Shown here: one piece after another, positions 10,272-20,918 of the stretch
Layout: every line of letters begins with the position of its first letter
How positions within the stretch are numbered: position 1 is the stretch's first letter
Source of the DNA: an uncultured Gemmatimonadaceae bacterium
GTDB taxonomy: Bacteria; Gemmatimonadota; Gemmatimonadetes; Gemmatimonadales; Gemmatimonadaceae
Direction: 5' to 3'
DNA: 64,000 nucleotides
Assembly: GCA_963716745.1 (NCBI GenBank)
Contig: OY970320.1
Location: 2,240,001-2,304,000 of the forward strand
Notes under the pieces: model-generated
What the model was told of the DNA's origin: nothing
The model's input: only the letters and a program-made list of their open reading frames with translations
The model's database searches: none
Program-made: the position numbers and the translations under genes

Positions 10272-10940
10272 ATGCGATTCCATGGAGTAGCCGGCGTTGT
10301 TTTATTGGTGGCCGTGAATTCTCCGGCGGTTGTGGCACAAGCGAGCCCCAAGAACGGTGCGACGAGCGCGTCTCTCACGTTCGACGCCGTGCTCGCGAGC
10401 CCGGCGCGCGCGGCGCGGAATGCGTTCAAGGCCGGCGGCGTGGAGTGGTCGTGCACCACGACACACTGCACGGGGAAGGGTCCGGCCAACGATCCGAGCG
10501 GCACGTGCAAGGCGCTCGTCGGTATCGTGGGTCCGCTCTCGAGCTGCGGCGCGAAGATCCCGCAATCAATGGCGATGAGTTCGGTTGCCACGACGGTCCA
10601 GAAGCCCGCGGGCATGACGCCGAGCGTCACGCCGCAGCACGCCGTTCCGGCGGCGGTCGCCGCTGGCGCTCCGCCGGTGAAGACCGGCATCACACCGCCG
10701 GCAGCGCCCCCGCCGAAGAGCAGTGGCAGCACGCACCCGACGATCGCGATCACCACGCCGCAGTTCACCCTCACGGGCACCGGCGTCTACACGCCCGCGA
10801 CACACCCCGCGTTGGCGTGGACCGCGCCAATGATCACGCTCACGGGCACCGGTGCTCTCGATGCCTCGGCGACCCGCCCGCCCGCGAACATCGCGTTCAC
10901 GACTCAGCCGTTCACGATCACCGGCACCGGAAGCCCATAG
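10272..10940 (+). CDS. Secreted protein: N-terminal 4-Cys domain (CC_3452-like), Pro/Ala linker, three TTP-x-x-T-x-TG repeats
   Basis: GGAGG RBS; signal peptide; AGGVEWSCTTTHCTG...CKALVGIVGPLSSC; repeats ITTPQFTLTG, WTAPMITLTG, FTTQPFTITG. Confidence 0.7.
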   Translation: MRFHGVAGVVLLVAVNSPAVVAQASPKNGATSASLTFDAVLASPARAARNAFKAGGVEWSCTTTHCTGKGPANDPSGTCKALVGIVGPLSSCGAKIPQSMAMSSVATTVQKPAGMTPSVTPQHAVPAAVAAGAPPVKTGITPPAAPPPKSSGSTHPTIAITTPQFTLTGTGVYTPATHPALAWTAPMITLTGTGALDASATRPPANIAFTTQPFTITGTGSP

Positions 10941-10969
10941 ATGAATCCCCGATCCTGGAGGGCTGTCCC

Positions 10970-11458
10970 ATGAGGATCCTCAGTGTTGCCGTGCTGCTCA
11001 CGGGTGCGACGATCGCCGCGTCTGCGCAAGCCGGCAGTTCGACTTCTGGACCGAGTGACTTCACGATCACGATTCCGCTCAAGGTGAAGGGGATCCCGTC
11101 GAACGTCACGCGGATGGGCATCAGCTGTTACGTGATGCCCGCCGACGTGAGTAACATGACGAACGAGATCGGCTACGGCGCCGCGACGGTGGTGGTGCAC
11201 CCGGCGACATCACCGCCTCCGGGCGGCTCGACCCAGGCGAGCGTCACGATCTCGTTCAACGCGCTGCCGGGAAAGGATCCGTCGCTCGCACGCTTCTACT
11301 CGTGCACAGCGCAATTCTCCGGGACCGAGCGCGGCGCGCCGGCGACCTATTTCGCGAACGGCGCAACAACACCGCCCGTGTTCCCGCTCTCGCCGGGCCA
11401 GCCGTTCTACCTTGGGAGCGCCACGTGGACGCCGATCCCCGGCACGAGTTCGCATTGA
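10970..11458 (+). CDS. Secreted beta-rich two-Cys protein, paralog of 11884-12282
   Basis: GGAGG RBS, ATG 10970, signal peptide; DFTITIPL..ISCYV..EIGYG..YSC. Confidence 0.75.
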   Translation: MRILSVAVLLTGATIAASAQAGSSTSGPSDFTITIPLKVKGIPSNVTRMGISCYVMPADVSNMTNEIGYGAATVVVHPATSPPPGGSTQASVTISFNALPGKDPSLARFYSCTAQFSGTERGAPATYFANGATTPPVFPLSPGQPFYLGSATWTPIPGTSSH

Positions 11459-11868
11459 TGAGGGCCTCCGCCGCGCTCGGCGCGCTCGCCCTCCTGATCG
11501 CGCCGCGTGCGCCCGCGCAGCAGCCGAAGGTCGCGGCGCCGATGAAACCCGCAGTCGCGTCGCCGGTGAAGACGATGGCGCCAGCGCCTACGACGATGAT
11601 GAAGGTGCCGGTCGCGCGCGTCATCACCACGCCGGCGATCACGTTCTTTGGCGCGGGGGCCGGCGGCCGGGCGATCACGACGCCGGCGATCACGTTCGCC
11701 GGGAATCCTTCCGGCGGAGTCGCGATAAACACGCCCGCGATCTCGTTCATCGGAGGCGTCGGGGGCAAAGGCATCATGACGCCCGCGATCACGTTCATCG
11801 GCGTACACACCGGCCCAACGACCATCACGACCGACCCGATCTCCTTCACCGGAAATCCTTCACACTAG
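11458..11868 (+). CDS. Secreted protein with five ITTPAITFxG repeats
   Basis: TGATG overlap with the upstream gene; signal peptide; five repeats of about 17 aa. Confidence 0.75.
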   Translation: MRASAALGALALLIAPRAPAQQPKVAAPMKPAVASPVKTMAPAPTTMMKVPVARVITTPAITFFGAGAGGRAITTPAITFAGNPSGGVAINTPAISFIGGVGGKGIMTPAITFIGVHTGPTTITTDPISFTGNPSH

Positions 11869-11883
11869 CGGCGGAACCCCACC

Positions 11884-12282
11884 ATGAAAACCCTGCTCGT
11901 CGTTCCCGCGCTGCTGCTCGCGCACCACGCCTTCTTCGCCGACTTCACCTTCAATGTGCCGGTGAATCTGCAGGACTACCAGCAGCCGTCCACATACGTC
12001 GGCTCGTCGCAGTCCATCTACTGCGTGGTGCTCACGGGAACCACGGAGCTAGGCACCGGACGCACGCCGATCTCGATCCCGGCGAGCGGGAACTTCAACG
12101 CCACGGTGAGCGTGGCGGTCACGATGCGCTCAGGACACGCGCCGGGCGAGGCGACGGATTACCGCTGCTACTTCACGGTGGCCGACGGCGTGACCGCCGC
12201 CAGCGCGGTCTCAAGCGGGCAGCTGCACCCGCGCTCGGGAACGACGCCGGTGCTCCTCGTGAGCGGGCACATCACGCATTAG
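11884..12282 (+). CDS. Secreted beta-rich two-Cys protein, paralog of 10970-11458
   Basis: Signal peptide ending AFFA; DFTFNVPV..IYCVV..ELGTG..YRC. Confidence 0.75.
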   Translation: MKTLLVVPALLLAHHAFFADFTFNVPVNLQDYQQPSTYVGSSQSIYCVVLTGTTELGTGRTPISIPASGNFNATVSVAVTMRSGHAPGEATDYRCYFTVADGVTAASAVSSGQLHPRSGTTPVLLVSGHITH

Positions 12283-14730
12283 TAGATCGCGTCCTCGTCC
12301 TCGCCGAAGGGATCGCCCGGCGGCGCGCGCAGCGCCGGCGTGAATGACGGGAGGGTGCCCTCCTCCTGATAGTGCGCGATGTCGCTCGCGATGAGCGACC
12401 AGAAAGCGCGGTCCTCCACGCTGCCCGTGGCGGACCGCGTTTTCGCCATGGTCTTCCACGCGCCCAGCTTGTACGCCGCGATCGCGCGCACCTGACCGAG
12501 CGCGGTGGAATCGGCCGCGAGCAGCATCACGCGGTCCACCAGCGCTCGGCGCGAGACCTTGAGCAGCGCCTCGCTCTTGGGGTCGGTGCCACTCTTCGTG
12601 AGCGTCGCCGCGGCGAGCGCGTCGATGGTCTCGCTCAGCGTGAGCGGATTGGTCTGGTGCGGCGCGAACTCCACCAAGCGCGCCGCGCGGTCCTTCTGCA
12701 GCACGTTGTCGATGATCATCTGCGCGAGCGTGCGCGCGGCGCCGAACTCGTCGAACGCCGGCCGCGTGCGGCTCGCGAAGCTCTCCACACCGCCGCCGTA
12801 GCCCGGCGGGGCTGGGGCGAGCAGCCGCAGAATGGTGTCGGGGATCGCGAGCTCACTCGGTGACAGGGCGCCCACCAGCATCTTGAGCGCCGCGCGTTGC
12901 CGCGTGGGATCGATGAGCCGCGTCGCGTTCTCGCCGTCGCCACGCACGGCGAATGAATATTCCATGCCGCCGAGCGTACGCGCGGTGGCGCTGATGCCGA
13001 AGCGATGGAAGAGATAGAGCGGCACGAACCGGTCGTGCAGCAGCGCCACCGCTTCGCCCTCGCGAATGTTGCGGAGCCCGAACTCCTTCATCGCCACGCG
13101 CCGCACATCCATCTGGCGCTGAAGGAAGAGCGTGGCCGTCGCGGCGTCGTCCCAGAGATTCGTGCGCGGGTCGGAGCTGAAATCCGGGCGCGCATCCTGG
13201 TCGGTAAGGTACAGGTATCCCTTCTTCAATCCCTCGGTCATGATCGCCTTGAGCGAGTCCGCTTCGCTCGCCGCGGGGAAAATGCCGTAGCCCCACCGGA
13301 TGGCCCACACATCGTAATCTCCCGGGCCCATCGCGTACGCCTGGCTTACATCCACGGCGCCCTTCGCGTCGAGCATGATGCGCGGCGCTGGATAATCCAT
13401 GACGGATCCGCGCTCGTACGTGCTCGCGATGTAATTGTGCGCCATCCCCAGCGTGTGCCCGATCTCGTGCGCCGTGACCTGGCGCACGCGGCCGAGCACG
13501 AAGTGCGTATCCGCCGGCGATGGATCGGCTCCCATAAGCGCAGCGTAGAGATTGTACGCGGTGCGATTCCGGTGCGAATCCATGTGCGCGACGCCCTTGA
13601 GATTCTCGCCGGTGCGCGGATCGCCGAGCGATCCGCCGAAGCTCCAGCCGCGCTCGTTGCGATTGATCCAGAGCACCATGTTGTAGCGCACATCCATGGG
13701 ATCGGCGCCGGCGGGAAGATCTCTCACGACGAAGCCGCCCTTGAGCCCCGCACGGTCGAACGCCTCGCTCCAGAACTTCGCGCCCGTGACCGACGCCGAG
13801 TGCATCGGCTCCGGGATCGCGGGGTCGATGTAGTAGACGATCGGATTCTTGATCGGGCTGTTCGGATCGTTCGGGTTCGTGCGCTCGAGGCGGAAGCGCG
13901 AGATCCAGTGCACGTCGAGCCGGCCCTGCACGGGCTGGCCGAAGTCCTTGAAATCCACGCCGAAGAATCCGATGCGCGGGTCGGCGACGCGAGGGCGGTA
14001 CTCATCGTTCGGCAGACGCACGAGGCTGTAGTGCACGCGCAGCGTGAACGCGCGCCCGTCGGCCGCGACCTGGCTCACGGTGTTACCCGGCGTGCCGTTC
14101 GCGACGAACGTCTGCGCGATGTCGATCTCGGTGTTGTCGGGAAATGCCTTCGTGAACGGTGTGTACACGCTCGAGCGGTCCTTCGACAGCGAGTAATTCC
14201 CCTCGTGCTCGCTCTGCAGCCGCTCGCCAACCGAGAGCCAGTCGCGCACGAACAGATCAGTTGCATCCACGAGGATCCGCCCGTTCTCGCTCGCGAGTAC
14301 CGGCATGCTCGCCATGGTGCTCGGCGGGAACGATTCCATCACCGACTCGCCATTGGGCGAATTCGCGCCGAGCGAGCTGCGGTATTTCCAATTCTCGACG
14401 ACGAGCAGCAGGCGATCGCCGGTGCGCTGCACGTGCACGACGCGGTCGTCGTCTGCCGCGCCGCGATCGAAGCCAAGCGGATTGGAGCCAAGCCCAGTGG
14501 CTTCCTGTGCGAAGAGGAGGAAACGCATCGAGTCGCGCGGCAGCTCGAGCAGGATCTTCCCGTTCTTCTCGTCGAGGTAGAGGGGAATGAAGCCGTCGCG
14601 CTTCTCCATGCCGCTGGTCTTGGACGCGATCGTGGCAGGGCCGGACGAAGCGGGCTGTTGTTGTGTGGCGGCAGGAAGCCGCGAGGGAGAGAGCGGCGAG
14701 AACGGAGAGCGCGCGCGAGAATTTCAGCAT
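12279..14730 (-). CDS. Zinc-dependent metalloprotease (DUF5117/DUF4953 type); frameshift in the signal region near 14690
   Basis: HEIGHTLGMAH metzincin motif, SVMDY Met-turn; signal peptide MLKFSRAL in another frame. Confidence 0.9.
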
Positions 14731-14782
14731 GGCTCGGGTGTGTCGAGGGGAGGTCATTATGGCGCGCGGGGAGCGCAAGTTC

Positions 14783-14870
14783 AACTACAGACTGAGACGT
14801 TAGACTTAGACTTAGAATGCGCGAGCAGTGAGTAGTCTAACGTCTTAGTCTAACGTCTCAGTCTGCAGGT
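14783..14870. repeat. Family B palindrome (AGACTT/AGACGTT units), copy 1
   Basis: AACTACAGACTGAGACGTTAGACTTAGAC...GTCTTAGTCTAACGTCTCAGTCTGCAGGT. Confidence 0.9.
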
Positions 14871-14880
14871 ACGACTCAGA

Positions 14881-15264
14881 ATGCCGCCTCCGCCGACGAT
14901 CTCGAAGGTTCTCTCAAGGGCTCTCCGCCGTAGATGTCCCAACTGCGGCGCCCAGCCCATCTTCGTCGACTGGTTCCACATGACGCCCGGCTGCATGCAC
15001 TGCGGGCTCGCGCTCGAGCGCGGCGAGGAGGGATACCAGGTGGGCGCGTACATGATCAACATCGGCGCGTCGCTCTTGCTGTTCGTGCTCGGGTTCCTCG
15101 GCGCGTTGCTGGCCACGTGGCCCTCGCCACCATGGGCAGTCATCACGTATGTTGGCGCGGCGCTGATGGTCGCCTTCCCGATATTCTTTTATCCCTATTC
15201 CAAGACGCTCTTCCTGGGCTTCGACATCTTGATCCATCCACCATTCGAACCGGGTGACACGTGA
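14881..15264 (+). CDS. DUF983 domain membrane protein
   Basis: RRCPNCG...CMHCG zinc-ribbon motif followed by two TM segments. Confidence 0.85.
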   Translation: MPPPPTISKVLSRALRRRCPNCGAQPIFVDWFHMTPGCMHCGLALERGEEGYQVGAYMINIGASLLLFVLGFLGALLATWPSPPWAVITYVGAALMVAFPIFFYPYSKTLFLGFDILIHPPFEPGDT

Positions 15265-16850
15265 GCCCGCGGCGCACGCGCAGCATCGTCGTGGGCGGAG
15301 CGCCGCGCTGGCGCACGGGACCCATCCTGTCGCCGGCGGCGATCGAATTCGTCACCGAGCTGGTGCGCACGCACCGCCCAACGCTGGCCAAGCTCCTCAC
15401 GCGCCGCGCCGAGCGAGCGAGAGAGATGGATGCGCGCGCGGCCGCCGGGCAGCCGATCCTCGATTTCCTCGAGAGCACGCGCACGGTGCGCGAGAGTGAA
15501 TGGACATGTGCGCCGATCCCCGCCGACCTGCGCGACCGCCGCGTGGAGATCACGGGTCCCGTGGATCGCAAGATGGTGATCAACGCGCTCAACTCCGGCG
15601 CGCGCGTGTTCATGGCGGACTTCGAGGATTCCACGACGCCCACGTGGGCGAATCTCATCGCCGGCCAGCAGAACCTGTACGACGCCGTGCGCCGCACGAT
15701 CACGTTCGAAGCTGGCGGCAAGCAGTACGCGCTCAGTGCGAAGACCGCCGTGCTCATGGTGCGCCCGCGCGGACTGCATTTACCGGAAGCGCACTTCATG
15801 GTGGACGGCGAGCCTGCGCCGGGCGCGCTCTTCGATTTTGGATTGTACTTCTTCCATAATGCCAAGGCGCTCCTCGAACGCGCTACGGCGCCGTACTTCT
15901 ATCTCCCCAAGCTCGAGAGCCATCTCGAAGCGCGGCTCTGGAACGACGTATTCATCCAGGCGCAGCGCGCACTCGGCGTGCCACTCGGAACGATCCGCGC
16001 GACGGTGCTCATCGAGACGCTGCCCGCCGCGTTCGAGATGGACGAGATCCTGCACGAGCTGCGCCAGCACGCCGCCGGCCTGAACTGCGGTCGCTGGGAT
16101 TACATCTTCTCGTTCATCAAGAAGCATCGCGCGAGCAGCGCCGCGATCCTACCCGACCGCGCGCAGATCACGATGGACAAGGGATTCTTGCGCGCGTACT
16201 CGCAGCTCCTCATCCGCACCTGCCACCACCGTGGCGTGCACGCGATGGGCGGCATGGCGGCGCAGATCCCGATCAAGAACGATCCCGCGCGCAACGAGGC
16301 GGCGCTCGACCGCGTGCGTGCGGACAAGAAACGCGAAGCCGGCGACGGCCACGACGGCACATGGGTCGCACACCCGGGGCTCGTGCCTGTAGCGATGGAG
16401 ATCTTCGACGCCGCGATGCCCGGCCCGAACCAGATCGGGAAACTGCGTGAGGACGTGAAGTCGTCCGTCTCCGATCTCCTCAGTGTGCCCGCGGGCACGC
16501 GCACCGAGGCGGGCCTTCGGCACGATGTGCGCGTCGGCATCCAGTACATCGAGGCCTGGCTGCGCGGCGTCGGCTGCGTGCCGCTCTACGATCTCATGGA
16601 AGACGCCGCGACCGCCGAGATCAGCCGCGCGCTGGTGTGGCAGTGGCTGAAGCACGGGGTCACGGTGGGAGACGCCCCACTCACCGCCACGCGCTTCAAT
16701 GCGATCGTCGAAGAGGAGACGCGCGACTTCGCCGGCGGGAAATTCGCCGAGGCGCGGGAGATGTTCGTGTCGCTGTCCTTGGCGCCAGAGTTCGCAGATT
16801 TCTTGACGATCCCGGCATACGAGCGGATCGTGTCGGAAGAGCAGACTTAG
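15261..16850 (+). CDS. aceB: Malate synthase A
   Basis: [61 protein letters not shown]. Confidence 0.97.
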   Translation: MSPRRTRSIVVGGAPRWRTGPILSPAAIEFVTELVRTHRPTLAKLLTRRAERAREMDARAAAGQPILDFLESTRTVRESEWTCAPIPADLRDRRVEITGPVDRKMVINALNSGARVFMADFEDSTTPTWANLIAGQQNLYDAVRRTITFEAGGKQYALSAKTAVLMVRPRGLHLPEAHFMVDGEPAPGALFDFGLYFFHNAKALLERATAPYFYLPKLESHLEARLWNDVFIQAQRALGVPLGTIRATVLIETLPAAFEMDEILHELRQHAAGLNCGRWDYIFSFIKKHRASSAAILPDRAQITMDKGFLRAYSQLLIRTCHHRGVHAMGGMAAQIPIKNDPARNEAALDRVRADKKREAGDGHDGTWVAHPGLVPVAMEIFDAAMPGPNQIGKLREDVKSSVSDLLSVPAGTRTEAGLRHDVRVGIQYIEAWLRGVGCVPLYDLMEDAATAEISRALVWQWLKHGVTVGDAPLTATRFNAIVEEETRDFAGGKFAEAREMFVSLSLAPEFADFLTIPAYERIVSEEQT

Positions 16851-16925
16851 ACGTTAGACTGAGACGTTAGACTACGCACTACCCACGCCTTCTAACGTCT
16901 AAGTCTAGAGTCTAAGTCTGCAGTT
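16841..16925. repeat. Family B palindrome, copy 2, inverted relative to copy 1; overlaps the aceB stop codon
   Basis: GCAGACTTAGACGTTAGACTGAGACGTTAGACTAC...TCTAACGTCTAAGTCT...AAGTCTGCAGTT; loop resembles the reverse complement of the copy 1 loop. Confidence 0.9.
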
Positions 16926-16955
16926 ACGACGCTGGGCCAGTCGAGGTTGCCTGCA

Positions 16956-17879
16956 TCACGGCGCCTCAATGAACGTCCCATCCCTAAGGTCGCTCAAGGC
17001 TTTCCTCAGTTCCTGTTCCGTATTCATCACGATCGGCCCATACCAAGCCACGGGCTCTTCGATCGGCTTGCCGCTCACGAGCAGAAAGCGGATGCCGCGC
17101 TCGCCGGCCTGCACGGTGATCTCGTCGCCGCTGCCGAAGAGCACGAGGTTGCGGTCCTGTGCGAAATCCTCATCCGCGCGCTTCGCCTCGCCGGGCGTCA
17201 CGAGCGTGCCGACCTGCTCGGTCTCGATCGCGCGCGGCGCCGAAGCGTCGCGGAACTTTCCGTCGCCCTCGAACACATATGCGAACGCGTGCGCGCCACG
17301 CTCTACCTTGAGCGATTTCTTCTTGCCGGGCGGCACCCAAACGTCGAGGTAGCGCGGTTCAGCGGCGACGCCCTCCACCGGTCCCTTCTTTCCCCAGAAA
17401 TCGCCGACCACCACGCGCACGTGCGTGCCGTCATCGTCGGTGACTTCGGGAATGTCCTTCGCGAAGATGTCCTGATAGCGCGGGTGCGTCATCTTGAGCG
17501 ACGACGGCAGATTCGCCCACAGCTGGAAGCCGTGCATGCGTCCTTTCGCATCGCCCTGCGGCATCTCCTGGTGCATGATGCCGCGCCCCGCGGTCATCCA
17601 TTGCACGTCGCCGGCGCCGAGGCTGCCGCGATTGCCGAGACTGTCGCCATGCTCGACGGAACCGGCGAGCACGTAGGTGATGGTCTCGATGCCGCGATGC
17701 GGGTGCCAGGGGAACCCCGCGAGATAGTCGGCGGGATTCTCATTTCGGAAATCGTCGAGCAAGAGGAACGGGTCGTACTCTTCGGTGTCACCGAATCCGA
17801 AGGCGCGGCGGAGACGAACGCCCGCGCCTTCCATCGTGGGCTTGGATTCTATGATCCGTTTGACTGGACGTATGGACAT
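16956..17879 (-). CDS. Pirin family protein
   Basis: DPFLLLDDF, GFPWHPHRGIETITY, VQWMTAGRGIMHQEMP, YGPIVMNT. Confidence 0.96.
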   Translation of the reverse strand: MSIRPVKRIIESKPTMEGAGVRLRRAFGFGDTEEYDPFLLLDDFRNENPADYLAGFPWHPHRGIETITYVLAGSVEHGDSLGNRGSLGAGDVQWMTAGRGIMHQEMPQGDAKGRMHGFQLWANLPSSLKMTHPRYQDIFAKDIPEVTDDDGTHVRVVVGDFWGKKGPVEGVAAEPRYLDVWVPPGKKKSLKVERGAHAFAYVFEGDGKFRDASAPRAIETEQVGTLVTPGEAKRADEDFAQDRNLVLFGSGDEITVQAGERGIRFLLVSGKPIEEPVAWYGPIVMNTEQELRKALSDLRDGTFIEAP

Positions 17880-17884
17880 AAAGG

Positions 17885-17919
17885 GCAGACTTAGACGTTA
17901 GATCTAGACGTTAGACTAC
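17885..17919. repeat. Family B half element (one arm) just upstream of the pirin gene
   Basis: GCAGACTTAGACGTTAGATCTAGACGTTAGACTAC. Confidence 0.85.
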
Positions 17920-17971
17920 AACGGCCCGCCATGGGGCTTATCTGCAAGATAGAAATCGTGTCAATGGGCCC

Positions 17972-18802
17972 TCACTTCAGGCTAGCGAGTTTGTCCTTCA
18001 TCCGCTGGCTTTGAGGGAACCTCGCCACGAGTGCGGTGAGAATCACCCTCGCCGAATCCTTTTGGCCCATCGCGATGAATGCATCCGCTTTCGTCGACTG
18101 GTAGCGGCCCCACATGCGGGAGCTGTCGGCGGGCGTGGGGAGCTTCGCGAGCACGGCCATCGCGGCGGCGCCATCCTTTTTGTCCATAATGAGCGACTGC
18201 GCGTACGCGAGCTGGATCTGCTGGTCGTTGGGGAAACGGCGCGCGAGTTCCTCGAATTCCTGCGCGGCCGCGGCCGTGTTCTTTTGATCGCGGTCGAGCA
18301 GCGCCCGGTTGTACAGCGCGGCGACAATGGTGTGATTCACGTCGGTGGTGTCCTGGGTGCGCTCGCCCACGCCGCCGGCGTACGAGTAGACCACAACGCC
18401 GCCCAGCCGCCCGACATCATAGACCTCGTAGGCGCCCCACAAACAGAGCAGTGCCGACGCCATGATGATCCACCGCTTCCACTTCGCGAGCGCCGGCACG
18501 AGCGCGAGGAGCTCGATCGCCGCGATCACGAGGAAAAGGTTCCGAAGATCCTTGCCCGCATCCTCATGCGCTTGTACCGCCGCCGCCGCGCCCGGAATGC
18601 GCTCGGAGAGTTGATGCGTGTCCGTGCCGGACTGGACGGCGAACACCGCCGCCACAGTGCCGATGAGGAGCACCGTGGTCGCCGCCCGGTCGGTCCACGG
18701 CAGCTTGCCGGTCACGGACACCACCCGGAACAGGATGCCGAGCGAGAGGCCGGCGATCACGAAATGAACGATCTGCGGATGGTAATAACCGATGTCGGGC
18801 AT
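17972..18802 (-). CDS. DUF2231-type membrane protein with C-terminal TPR region
   Basis: HPQIVHFVIA N-terminus, four TM segments, helical TPR-like tail. Confidence 0.8.
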   Translation of the reverse strand: MPDIGYYHPQIVHFVIAGLSLGILFRVVSVTGKLPWTDRAATTVLLIGTVAAVFAVQSGTDTHQLSERIPGAAAAVQAHEDAGKDLRNLFLVIAAIELLALVPALAKWKRWIIMASALLCLWGAYEVYDVGRLGGVVVYSYAGGVGERTQDTTDVNHTIVAALYNRALLDRDQKNTAAAAQEFEELARRFPNDQQIQLAYAQSLIMDKKDGAAAMAVLAKLPTPADSSRMWGRYQSTKADAFIAMGQKDSARVILTALVARFPQSQRMKDKLASLK

Positions 18803-18872
18803 CAGACGGGATTCGGGTGAGGGTGATGAAGAAGCTTATCGAATCACACGTGCCGCGTTAAGTAGCTACGGC

Positions 18873-18960
18873 AACTGCTTCATGACAGGATTGACATGAT
18901 GATCATGATTGAACGGCGTGGTTCAATCATGTTCATCATGTTAATCCTGTCAAAGCAGTT
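18873..18960. repeat. Family C palindrome (AACTGC...GACAGGATT...AATCCTGTC...GCAGTT), copy 1
   Basis: 88-bp imperfect hairpin abutting the stop codon at 18961. Confidence 0.9.
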
Positions 18961-19902
18961 CTACTTGATAGGCTCCGCGGTGAGCGCCAGTGGCACACGT
19001 CTCAGGCCGTGCCACGCATATACGGCGCCATCCGCTCCAACAATGCGCAGCTGCGCCGATACCCCGCCGTCGAGCGCGACCGCTCTACGGCAGCCGAGCG
19101 CGCCCATGAGCGCGGCGGTCTCCGGGATCGTGAGGCCGAAGGGGATGCCTCCAAGCGATGTGCCCAGCGCATCGAATCGCGTGAGCGCCACGACGATCGT
19201 GCCGTCGGCCAGCTGGCCGATCGCCAGGCGCGCATCGCGATGTTCGAGATCGATGAGCCCGGTGGTCTCGCGCAATAGTCGCGGCACTTCGCCGCCACTC
19301 TCGAGGAGCGTGGGATACGACTGGAATGCTTCGCGCACGCCCGCGGGGTGATCGGCGGTGCCGCGCAGCCGGCGCATCGCGACGCTCGCATCGTTCTCGA
19401 ACGTGACGTTCCCCGCGGAGTCAATGATCACCGCGCTCGCGAGCGGGCCCGCACCGGGCGCACGGTACTCGACGCCGTCGTGGACGACCCATCCCCATAC
19501 CGCGCCGCCCGCGAATTGGCCGGCGTTGAACGCGACGACAGCCTCCGGTGGCGCCGCATCGATCGTCCACGTTCCCACGCCGCCATCCGGCGCGGCGCCA
19601 TTCGCCAATCCCAGCGCCACGCGACGCGGATCGATGTGCGCGACCACCACGCGCGTGCGCCACGCTTCGCCGCTGCCGGCGAGTTCCAGTTCCGCCCACC
19701 GCACGCCCGATGCCCCTTCCTTCCACTCGAGCGCTGCGCTCACGGCCGGATCGGCCGCCGTCCACCGCGCCGGCGCATCCTGCGCGCGCCACCACGTGAC
19801 CCACACTCCTTTCGTGTCGCGCACGCCCAGCGCCGCGCCGCTCGGCGGCGCGCCGAGCGACGGCAGCAGCGCCGCCAGGATCAGGAAGCGCCGGCCGATC
19901 AT
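18961..19902 (-). CDS. Phosphodiester glycosidase (NAGPA) family protein
   Basis: AFNAGQF, QSYPTL, ARLAIG, AVALDGGVSAQL. Confidence 0.85.
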   Translation of the reverse strand: MIGRRFLILAALLPSLGAPPSGAALGVRDTKGVWVTWWRAQDAPARWTAADPAVSAALEWKEGASGVRWAELELAGSGEAWRTRVVVAHIDPRRVALGLANGAAPDGGVGTWTIDAAPPEAVVAFNAGQFAGGAVWGWVVHDGVEYRAPGAGPLASAVIIDSAGNVTFENDASVAMRRLRGTADHPAGVREAFQSYPTLLESGGEVPRLLRETTGLIDLEHRDARLAIGQLADGTIVVALTRFDALGTSLGGIPFGLTIPETAALMGALGCRRAVALDGGVSAQLRIVGADGAVYAWHGLRRVPLALTAEPIK

Positions 19903-19909
19903 GCGGTGC

Positions 19910-20870
19910 CTACTTCGCCGCCGCCTTGCACTTCGCCATCGCCGCGTTCTGCAGCTGCGACATTGTCTGCGCGTATTGCATCAGCTTCGCCGTGTCGCCC
20001 GCCTTCTGCGCGGCTTCCATGTCGGCCTTGTGTGCCGCGGCATAGTCCTGCGCCGCCTTCGATTCCTTCTGGAAGCAGGCGGCGAACGTCATCGAGCCGA
20101 CGCCCGACGCCGCGGCGGCGCCCGCCGGCATCGCCGCCGCCGGGGGCGGCGCGTTCTGGGCCGCGATCATGGCATCGGTCTTGTATCGCACACCGAGCAG
20201 TTGCGCGAGTTCAATGCGGTGTGCCTTCACCGCGGCGATCTCCGCCGCCGAGAATCCATTCGGATGTCCCCACGCCGAGATCTGCTGGCTGGTGGCGTTC
20301 GGGTTCGTCGCGAGCGCGTTCACGAGCATCGGCATCACATCCACGACGGCGGTCCAGCCGCAATAGTCGAAATCGCCGGCATGCTCGGCGGCCACATCCA
20401 GTCGATCGTTGCCCGCCTTCTGAGTTTCCCACGGGAGGTGCGGCAGCGTCACCGATTGAGGATCCGGTTTCACGCCCTGCATCTGCCGCGCCGCCGAGGT
20501 GTCGCCCGATTGCACGCGTTTCTGCAGCGCCAGATACTTGTCCCAGTCGGGGCCCGTCTGGTTGTCGAAGTCGTACTCGCGCCGTTGGAGGCTCCGCTGC
20601 TGCATCAGCGCGGCGTAGTACTGTCCCGTGGGCGAATTCTCTTTCGCGATCACGCCCATCATCGAGTCGCGCGCCTGGAGCGCCTTCATGTAGCGTGCGA
20701 CGAGATCGTCGGTGACCGTCGGCGCGCCCGCGTCGCACTTGGGCGGCTTCGCGCTCGGCGTGCTGGCCGTCGGCGTGCTCGGCAACTTCGGCGTCGGCAA
20801 TCCGAATTGAGCGTTCGCGGACATGACGAACAGGAAAAGCGATGGCGACGATCGAGAGCGAGCGGGTCAT
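19910..20870 (-). CDS. Secreted hypothetical protein; frameshift near 20836
   Basis: MTRSLSIVAIAF joins ..MSANAQ across an A4 homopolymer; helical body with four Cys. Confidence 0.7.
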
Positions 20871-20918
20871 CGGTCGGCTCCTGATTGGATGGCGTGTTTC
20901 GAGCTAACGAACTGATAC

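Noticed and set aside
14783..16925. Family B GTTAGAC/GTCTAAC as attC cores or CRISPR repeats
   Set aside because: The boxes are in the reverse order for attC; there are no unique regularly sized spacers and no cas genes.
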